This document shows, in pieces, positions 53,542-61,192 of a stretch of 64,000 nt of DNA; position 1 is the stretch's first letter; each line of letters opens with the position of its first letter. This DNA comes from an uncultured delta proteobacterium (GTDB taxonomy: Bacteria > Desulfobacterota > Desulfobulbia > Desulfobulbales > Desulfocapsaceae): contig CAVPXO010000012.1 in NCBI GenBank assembly GCA_963709755.1, positions 213,952-277,951 of the forward strand, written 5' to 3'. The position numbers and the translations under genes were made by a program. The notes beneath the pieces were generated by a model. That model was not told where the DNA came from. It saw only the letters and a list, made by a program, of their open reading frames with translations, and ran no database searches.

Positions 53542-53910
53542 TCATCTGGAAGTCTGAAGGGATCGCTGTTCCTTTTGGATGAGATGCTGAGGGGGCATGA
53601 CCATTGAACCGGATGGGAAATGTTCGAAGGCCATCGGAAAATCTTGAAATGGCGAGTGAAGATCGGCTTGGGAAAGATGCCTTGTGTAACGGGCCTCCGT
53701 AAAGAGGCAGAGATCAGTCAACTGAAGTTCTCCGACCAACCGTTTGCAATCGGCCAGGTTTCTCACATAATCATCTTTCTGGAGTCGGGGATGGATCAGG
53801 AAAAGCCCCGCCATAATCAGGCATGCTGCCGCGAAGGTGACCAGATATACACTTGACTTCCGGACCATTATTGCCAATTTTGGTAACCCACTGTTGTAGT
53901 ACTTCCTCAT
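53542..53910 (-). CDS. Small conserved membrane-anchored hypothetical protein
   Basis: One TM segment then LTDLCLFTEARYTRHLSQAD..FQDFP..FEHFPSG; a diverged copy at 50439-50621 supports it; start 53910 or 53868. Confidence 0.65.
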   Translation of the reverse strand: MRKYYNSGLPKLAIMVRKSSVYLVTFAAACLIMAGLFLIHPRLQKDDYVRNLADCKRLVGELQLTDLCLFTEARYTRHLSQADLHSPFQDFPMAFEHFPSGSMVMPPQHLIQKEQRSLQTSR

Positions 53911-53924
53911 TGATTAAACAGTCG

Positions 53925-54419
53925 TCAATCCAGTTTGCTGATCACCGCGGAAGTGATTTCCTCAAACCGGAGAATCCTTTTTCCTTTGTGATCCTTTAAT
54001 ACATTCCGTGCATCCTCTTCCGTGGCCAAAGGTATAAGTTCGTAGCCCATAGGACCAAAAACATTACTCCCGAGGACAAAAAATGCCTTCCTGGCGTCGA
54101 TCATTGTCATCTCATAGTAATCCATGACATAGATGGCGGCGATATCTTTCTTATTCTGGCCGGGCCGGTATTTGGCAGGGTTGAAGTAATACTTGAACAG
54201 GTCCTTTACGCCGTCAAAAAACTCGACTGAACCGTCTGAAAAAATAATTTCCGCTGTCCAGTCAGGATATTTATACACGAACATCCCACACACCGGACAT
54301 TTGTCTGTTTTGGAAGGCTCCACCATTCCTTTCTGCTGCGCAAGTCCCGTATCCGATATCAACAAGACAGCAGCCAGGACGACGGCCCGAAACAGATTTG
54401 CTCTATTCACCCGTATCAT
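53925..54419 (-). CDS. NosL-family copper chaperone-like protein
   Basis: Signal peptide, DKCPVCGMF, FFDGVKD, IDARKAFFVLGS..GPMG; start at 54419 has a GGAGG RBS. Confidence 0.82.
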   Translation of the reverse strand: MIRVNRANLFRAVVLAAVLLISDTGLAQQKGMVEPSKTDKCPVCGMFVYKYPDWTAEIIFSDGSVEFFDGVKDLFKYYFNPAKYRPGQNKKDIAAIYVMDYYEMTMIDARKAFFVLGSNVFGPMGYELIPLATEEDARNVLKDHKGKRILRFEEITSAVISKLD

Positions 54420-54518
54420 GCAGTACCAACCTCCAGTTTCGAAACGAGGGTTGATCATAAAAATCTGCGACCAACCCGTCATGGCAAAAATGTTTTACTT
54501 ACCCTTCTCCACTTCCTT

Positions 54519-55049
54519 TCAATTTTTTTTCATCTGGTGTTTCATCTTCCGCTTCTCTCGAATCATCTTGGTGTCCTGGTACATATCATCGTATGCGGCC
54601 TCCATGACCTGATCGAATCCTGCCAGAGCACCGCCGTTTTCCTTAATATATGCTTCTGCAGCTGGTTTTGTGCCAAAGGCCCATTTAGCCCGCTTGGTCA
54701 TCACACCCATTTTGTTGCCACCGATAACCCAGTATGCCGTCTCTGCATCTATCAACTGGCTGGTGTCATAGTCCCCTACCTCAATTTGCACTGGTGTTTT
54801 ATCGATATTCACAGCCAGATCGACGGCTGCACAATGGATAGAGCAGGTTCCAAGAGTGGAACCATCATCGAACGCTATAGAGACGCGGGAGTGGGAAAAT
54901 TTTTGCCGGTCCATTCCACAATAGGGGCACGAAGGATGTGCCGCAATATCGTCCTGTGCAAAAGCCTGACTACTGCACATCATTCCGAAAAAAGTTGCAC
55001 CCCCGGTTAAAAAACTAACAGACAGAGCAAAAATTACCAGTCCTTTCAT
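54519..55049 (-). CDS. NosL-family copper chaperone-like protein
   Basis: Signal peptide ending AFA, CPYCGM, CSIHC, LIDAETAYWVIGG..GVM, Met/His-rich tail. Confidence 0.8.
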   Translation of the reverse strand: MKGLVIFALSVSFLTGGATFFGMMCSSQAFAQDDIAAHPSCPYCGMDRQKFSHSRVSIAFDDGSTLGTCSIHCAAVDLAVNIDKTPVQIEVGDYDTSQLIDAETAYWVIGGNKMGVMTKRAKWAFGTKPAAEAYIKENGGALAGFDQVMEAAYDDMYQDTKMIREKRKMKHQMKKN

Positions 55050-55136
55050 GGGATTCTCCTTTGATAAAATGAGTTAAACGTTTTCATGCCAGATTGTTAC
55101 GGTCCTTCTGCCAAGTAGAGTACACAGAGGACATTT

Positions 55137-58100
55137 TCACTGATTTGAAGGATGCAGTGATCCTTTGCTCTCTATTTTTGTCAGCTCAATGTTTTTTTCC
55201 GCATTTCCTTTCATCCTGTTTTCCCGGATGCCGCAATACAACACCGGCACTATCAACATGGTCACAATCTCCAGGCTCATGCCTCCCAAGGTCGGGATGG
55301 CCATGGGCACCATAATATCCGATCCACTTCCGGTGGACGTCAGGATCGGGAGCAGGGCCAGCACTGTGGTGGCAGTAGTCATCAAACAGGGCCGCACCCG
55401 CCGCAGGCAGGCCTCGATAGTAGCATGGCGAATCTCCTGGACCGTGGCTGTCTTCCTTTCAGCAAAGGCACCATTTAGGTACGTTGCCATGACCACCCCG
55501 TCATCCGAGGCAATACCGAAAAGGGCCAGGAATCCCACCCATACAGCCACGCTCAAATTAATCGGGTGGACCTGAAACACATCCCGCATTGAGGTTCCAA
55601 AGACACTGAAATCAAGAAACCAGGGCTGACCATACAACCAGATCATGATAAAGCCGCCGGCCCAGGCAACGGCCACTCCGGAAAAGACCAGGACACTGGT
55701 TGAAACGGATTTAAATTGCAGATAGAGTATGATGAAGATAATCAAAAGAGCCAGTGGCAGGATTAAACTCAGCTTTTTGTCAGCCCGCACCTGGTTTACA
55801 TAATTCCCGGTAAAAGTAAAGCTGACGCCGGCCGGTAGCTGCAGCTCGCCGTTGTCGATTTTCTCCAGGAGATAGTCCCGTGCCTCCTCAACCACGTTGG
55901 TTTCAGCCCTGTCTGCTTTTTTGTCGAAGAGCACATAGCCGACAAGAAATGTATTCTCACTTTTTATCATCTGGGGACCGGCCACAGACCGCAGGTCGGC
56001 CAACTGCACCAGGGGTATCTGGGTACCATTCGGGGCAGGTACCATCACTTTGCCTATGTTATCGAGGTTATCCCGTAGTTCGCGCATGTATCTGACGCGC
56101 ACAGGGTATCGTTCCCGCCCCTCAACGGTGGTAGTGATCTGTTTGCCGCCGATCGCAATTTCGATAACATCCTGTACCTGCTGCAAGTCAATTCCGTACT
56201 GGGCGATGGCACGCCGGTCGATGTCGATCTCCAGATACGGCTTGCTGACAATCTGATCGGCAATTACCGACAGGGGATCGACCGAGGGAACTTCCCGGAT
56301 ATATTTTTCGATGCGACGCGTCACCTCTTCGATGGTTTGCAAATCAGGACCGTAGACCTTAATCCCCATATTTGCCCGGATACCGCTTTGCAGCATCACC
56401 ATACGCGCCGAGATGGGCTGAAGCTTTGGTGCCACCGTTGTCCCCGGAATGGATGCCCCCTTGACGATTTCTCGCCAGATGTCATCCGGTTGCACGATAC
56501 CTGCCCAGGCTTTGCGGCCTTGATTGATGTCGGTATCCAAGGCCGGACGCCACAATCGGAAGGGGCAGCCCTGGTCGTCGGGGATCAGTTTGTTGTCACT
56601 GTCTCGTTCAAACTTTCCACGAACATGGTACGGTTTGCCATCCGGGGCAGGGAGGGGGTAGCCTCGCTCATCACGGAAAAAATCAAGCTCGTCCGGGGTG
56701 AAACGAAACTGTACGGGTCGCCCTTTGGCATTCAGTCGAAACTCGGGTGCGTAATTAATGAGGGTCTCGATCATAGAGATAGGAGCCGGATCAAGTGGAC
56801 TTTCAACCCTTCCCAGTTTGCCCACCGCCGATTCCACCTCAGGTATCGCCTGGATCGCGCGATCCTGCCGCTGCAGGATGTCAAGCACCTCACCGATGGA
56901 GGCATGGGGCATGGTCACCGGCATATACAGGTAAGCACCCTCATCCAGCGGCGGCATAAATTCCTTGCCTATGCCGGGAAATTTTTCGGTCAGATAGATA
57001 AACGGCGTGGAGTTGGTAACCAGCCGGGGCAGCCAGCCGAAAATGGTGCCGTACCCTTGCCAGATCATACCGCCAAACAGCACCGCCAACAGCGGCAGGG
57101 CCAGAAAAAGAGCTTTGTGCTCCAGGCACCACCCCAATATCCTTGGATAAAAGCGATGAAACAATCCAAAGGCGGCGATAACCCCGCCAATGAGCAGCCC
57201 AACAAAAATAAAATTATGCACGATCCCCTTCTCAGCTCCCAGGGGCTGCCAGGATCGGGTCAAAACCAATGTCACCGCCAGCACAATGAGGCCGCTGGTC
57301 AACAGTCGCACCCTGCGTGCGGACTCCGCTGGAAGCCGCAGTATCAGAAGGTTACAGCCGCCAATGACGGCTACGAAGAGGCCCACCTGCCAATCCAACA
57401 CGAACGCCAGCACTCCCCCAAGATAAATCAATCCTTCGTAAAAAATCCAACCGTGTTGTTGGCGGCCGGCTTTGCGGTTGAACAGGGCATGGGCCAGGGG
57501 TGGTATAACACACAGGGCGATGATCAGTGAGGCCAGCAGGGTAAAGGTTTTGGTAAACGCCAGCGGTCTGAAGAGTTTTCCTTCGGCCGCCACCATGGTA
57601 AATACCGGCAGGAAACTGACGATGGTGGTGGATACAGCCGTCAGGACAGCCCCGCCCACCTCGCTTGCCGCCCGCACAACAACAGCCGTGCGATCTTCCT
57701 GTGGTGTGGCCTGGGCCAGACGGCGCATAATATTTTCGGTCAGGATGATGCCCATGTCGACAATGGTCCCGATGGCAATGGCGATCCCCGAAAGGGCAAC
57801 GATGTTGGCATCCACTCCGAAGATCTTCATGGCGATAAAACAGAGCAGTACCGCGAGCGGCAGCAGCCCTGAAATTATAATCGAGCTCCCCAGGTGCGCC
57901 ATCATCACGATTACCACAATGATGGTGACCAGCATTTCCTTGGAGAGGGCAGAACTGAGTGTGTTGAGGGTTTCCTGGATCAGATCGGTACGGTCATAGA
58001 AGGGAACGATTTTTACCTGGCTGAGCGTGCCGTCGGCCAGGGTTCTTTTGGGCAGCCCCAGCGCTATTTCATCAATTTTCTTTTTAACCCGGCTGATTAC

Positions 58101-59087
58101 CTCCAGCGGGTTCTCGCCGTAGCGCACAACCACAACTCCGCCGACCGCTTCCATGCCGCCTTTGTCCAGAGCGCCCCGCCGTGAGGCAGGCCCCATGGTC
58201 ACATTGGCCACATCCCCTACCAGCACGGGAGTTGCCCCTTCCAGCTTGATAGAGGAATCGCGAATATTGTCGAGAGATTTGATAAACCCCAGACCTCGGA
58301 TAACGTATTCGACCTTATTGATCTCAATCGTGCGCGCCCCTACGTCAACATTGGCCCGACGCACGGCGCTCACCACTTGGGCCAGACTGATGTTGTGATA
58401 CCTTAAGAGGTCCGGGTCTACATCGATCTGGTATTCCGCCACAAACCCACCGACCGAGCCCACTTCGCTGACGCCCGGCACCGACATCAGAGCATAGCGC
58501 ACATACCAGTCCTGGATACTGCGTAACTCGTGCAAGTCCCAGCCACCTGCAGGATTTCCGTCGGAGCCGATACCTTCCAGGGTGTACCAGAACACCTGGC
58601 CCAGGGCCGTGGCATCCGGTCCCAGGGTTGGCTTGACCCCTTCGGGTAACTCGCGGGCCGGCAAACTGTTGAGATTCTCCAGCACCCGTGTCCGGGCCCA
58701 GTAAAAATCGACGCCATCCTCGAAGATGACGTACACCAGGGAAAACCCGAACATCGAGTAACTGCGGATGGTCTTCACCCCGGGGACGCCCAGCAGGGAT
58801 GCCGAGAGCGGATAGGTGATCTGGTCTTCGATGTCCTGGGGAGAACGGCCGGTCCATTCAGAAAAGACGATCTGCTGGTTTTCGCCAATGTCGGGGATGG
58901 CATCCACCGGCACCGGATCGCGCCACATCCCGCCGAGCTGCCAGTCAAACGGGGCCACTACCAGTCCCCAGCCAATCAGGATAACGACTGCCAGAAAAAC
59001 GATCATCCGGTTTAGCATACAGAAGCGGATGATGGTTCCGAGCCAGGAGGATGTGGAGTGAGGTTGCGGATTAAAATCTTCAGTCAT
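55137..59087 (-). CDS. cusA: CusA/CzcA family heavy-metal RND transporter, long form
   Basis: VDAIPDIGENQ, QITYPL, GATPV..VVVRYGENP, GIAIAIGTIVD, EFMPPLDEG, RPCLMT, MAIPTLGG. Confidence 0.9.
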   Translation of the reverse strand: MTEDFNPQPHSTSSWLGTIIRFCMLNRMIVFLAVVILIGWGLVVAPFDWQLGGMWRDPVPVDAIPDIGENQQIVFSEWTGRSPQDIEDQITYPLSASLLGVPGVKTIRSYSMFGFSLVYVIFEDGVDFYWARTRVLENLNSLPARELPEGVKPTLGPDATALGQVFWYTLEGIGSDGNPAGGWDLHELRSIQDWYVRYALMSVPGVSEVGSVGGFVAEYQIDVDPDLLRYHNISLAQVVSAVRRANVDVGARTIEINKVEYVIRGLGFIKSLDNIRDSSIKLEGATPVLVGDVANVTMGPASRRGALDKGGMEAVGGVVVVRYGENPLEVISRVKKKIDEIALGLPKRTLADGTLSQVKIVPFYDRTDLIQETLNTLSSALSKEMLVTIIVVIVMMAHLGSSIIISGLLPLAVLLCFIAMKIFGVDANIVALSGIAIAIGTIVDMGIILTENIMRRLAQATPQEDRTAVVVRAASEVGGAVLTAVSTTIVSFLPVFTMVAAEGKLFRPLAFTKTFTLLASLIIALCVIPPLAHALFNRKAGRQQHGWIFYEGLIYLGGVLAFVLDWQVGLFVAVIGGCNLLILRLPAESARRVRLLTSGLIVLAVTLVLTRSWQPLGAEKGIVHNFIFVGLLIGGVIAAFGLFHRFYPRILGWCLEHKALFLALPLLAVLFGGMIWQGYGTIFGWLPRLVTNSTPFIYLTEKFPGIGKEFMPPLDEGAYLYMPVTMPHASIGEVLDILQRQDRAIQAIPEVESAVGKLGRVESPLDPAPISMIETLINYAPEFRLNAKGRPVQFRFTPDELDFFRDERGYPLPAPDGKPYHVRGKFERDSDNKLIPDDQGCPFRLWRPALDTDINQGRKAWAGIVQPDDIWREIVKGASIPGTTVAPKLQPISARMVMLQSGIRANMGIKVYGPDLQTIEEVTRRIEKYIREVPSVDPLSVIADQIVSKPYLEIDIDRRAIAQYGIDLQQVQDVIEIAIGGKQITTTVEGRERYPVRVRYMRELRDNLDNIGKVMVPAPNGTQIPLVQLADLRSVAGPQMIKSENTFLVGYVLFDKKADRAETNVVEEARDYLLEKIDNGELQLPAGVSFTFTGNYVNQVRADKKLSLILPLALLIIFIILYLQFKSVSTSVLVFSGVAVAWAGGFIMIWLYGQPWFLDFSVFGTSMRDVFQVHPINLSVAVWVGFLALFGIASDDGVVMATYLNGAFAERKTATVQEIRHATIEACLRRVRPCLMTTATTVLALLPILTSTGSGSDIMVPMAIPTLGGMSLEIVTMLIVPVLYCGIRENRMKGNAEKNIELTKIESKGSLHPSNQ

Positions 59088-59149
59088 GGTTGATTAGCAT
59101 AGTATGATGTTGAGAGCGAATAGCGTCGGTTTCCTTCCTGTTTTGCTCT

Positions 59150-60759
59150 TCACTGTTTCGTCTGCTGCGGCGCCATTTCCATATCCATCTTCATGCCTGA
59201 GATTTCACTTTCAAGGTCCTGCATCGCTTCACCGCCTACATGAGTCATCATGCTGGTCCCGGCCAGGATCTGGATTGCGCTATCAATCTTAAAATTCCCG
59301 TTAACCACAACCTTTTCGCCTTCCCGCAACCCTTCCCGCACCACGTAATACCCCTTGGCCCTGGGACCCAGAAGCACTACCCGGCCTTCATACGTCCCGG
59401 GTTCGCCCGCCACCTCCACATAGACTACTGCCCGTTTACCGGTGATCATCGGAGCGGTCTCAGGTATCGTCAGCGTCTTGTTCTGCTCCGCGCTCTGTCT
59501 GCTGTCCACCCTGTATCCCGGTATCAAGGAAGCATGCATCGTACCGCGGACCAGCATCCCCGGCTTTAATTTTCCCTGATGAGCGGAACAGAGAACCCCT
59601 ACCTTGAATGTATGCGTTTTATCATCAAAATCAGGATCAAGGTATATCACTTCACCTGTGAAGATCTCGCCCGGATAGGCATCTGAGCGAAATTCGGCTT
59701 TCTGGCCAAGCTTGATCCAGGGAAAATCTGATTCGAAGGCGTCAAACATCGCCCACACATATCGAGGGTCAGCGATGGTGAAGACAGAATCCCCGGTGTT
59801 CAGGTACATGCTTTTAAACGCATCCTGTTTCTGAACAATGCCGGGAATTGGTGTCAATTCCGTTCGGATACCGGTTGGCCATCCCCGGCTGATGATCCCG
59901 TCGACCTCGGCTTCAGTAAGCCCCAGCGATCCTATTTCACGTCGGATTCTGACGACCTCGGCCGTGATTGCCTGTTCCTCTTCCGCAGCTTATCTCCTGT
60001 TCCTTGTCAGCTTTGGCCGGCTGCACCACAGAAGGCCCCGGTCGGCCCCGCCTCACAGGGGGTGGACCGCTGGGCTTCCACATCCACGGCTGGACCCACT
60101 GCTTGAAACGTTGTCCTACTGCCGGCCGGTTTGCAACAAAGCCGGGAAGTTTTTCGAGGGTCGCAAACAGCTCCTGCTCCAGAAAATAAAGATCTACCGA
60201 ATACAGATCAAACAGGGCGTCGCCGGTTTTAACAGTCTCTCCTGCACGTTTGACGTAGATTTCATCGATCACCCCCGGCGCAAACGCAGTCACCTTGTAC
60301 TGGTAGGCGGGGTCATACTCAACCCTGCCGAACAGCCGGACCTCCGCGGAAACCGCCCTTTTTTCCACCGTTGCGACCTGAATTCCGGCGGCCTTGACAC
60401 CCTCTTCGGTAAGATGCAGCCTGGACGAACCTTCTTCATGCCGGTGTCCCTGAGCCTCCGCCGCCACCAGATCCATGCCGCACACCGGGCACTTGCCTGG
60501 CTGTTCCATGGGAGGCACGCAATTCATCGGGCAGACGTAGACTGTTGTCCTCTTTTGGCATCGCAGGTGGAGGCTGGGTACCCTGATCCTCATTGCCTGG
60601 TTGCATAATGCCGGACATGGGATGTTCGTCCGCTACCGGATGACTCGCCTCCGAATTATCGCCGTGCATGGTATAACCGATGCTGATGCCGACCATTACT
60701 GCCGCCAGAATCATAAGCAGAATTTTTTTTGAACCCAGATATTTCTTTATTTTTTCCAT
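59150..60759 (-). CDS. cusB: CusB-like RND periplasmic adaptor with heavy-metal-binding domain; two frameshifts
   Basis: Pieces 60759-~60570 (TM), ~60570-59990 (CPMNC..PGKCPVCGMDL) and ~59990-59150 (IAD...GEK VVVNGNFKIDS, Met-rich tail) join with indels near 60555-60590 and ~59990. Confidence 0.8.
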
Positions 60760-60870
60760 GGCCTCTAGTGCATCAATGAATTGCGGGAAGGGAATCAAAC
60801 ATCAGGCATCCACTACGATGAAAAAGCCCCTGCCGGCATCCTTGGCTTTTTGCCTGTCAAGATGCCGCAT

Positions 60871-60899
60871 ATTGTAATCCAAGGTTTTTTCAAATGCAA
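60871..60899 (-). promoter_or_regulatory. Putative sigma-70 promoter of the cusB-cusA-nosL operon
   Basis: Minus strand reads TTGCAT-N17-TACAAT. Confidence 0.4.
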
Positions 60900-61139
60900 T
60901 TTTATAATAATATCAGTGAAAAGCATTCGATTCAGTGATCATCTTAAAAAACCACAGGCCGCCTGAACGAAACAATATAATGCGGTTCTATGCTTGAACC
61001 ATAAGCCGCGGTGGGGATAGGCAGATAAATAAGCGCCAGTATCATGACAAGTCGGCCAGTATCCGGCAGCTGCAACACCATTAAGCGACAAAGGGAGAGA
61101 AACCGAAGTCCCTCTCCCTTGTTTATAAAGAGCTTTGTA

Positions 61140-61170
61140 AAAATAACGGGGAAGGGATTATTCCCTCCCC
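61140..61170 (-). terminator. Terminator after the multicopper oxidase gene
   Basis: GGGGAGGGA-ATAA-TCCCTTCCCC followed by GTTATTTTT on the minus strand; second hairpin AAGGGAGAG/CTCTCCCTT at 61091-61120. Confidence 0.55.
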
Positions 61171-61192
61171 CATCAAACCACTTCCTCCATAG

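Noticed and set aside
53925-55049. NosL genes as evidence of denitrification
   Set aside because: No nosZ, nosD, nosF, nosY or nosR is in the window, and the adjacent ABC pair is LolD/FtsX-type, not NosFY-type.
56337-57530. 397-aa plus-strand ORF, the longest of many unassigned ORFs in the track
   Set aside because: It lies wholly antisense to cusA and has no recognisable motif; such shadows are expected in GC-rich coding DNA. The same applies to the other antisense and alternate-frame ORFs, e.g. 25283-25936, 41786-42670, 59838-60608 and 61610-62254.
60944-61081. 45-aa hydrophobic minus-strand ORF between the oxidase and cusB
   Set aside because: It has no clear RBS and no recognisable motif, so coding status cannot be supported.
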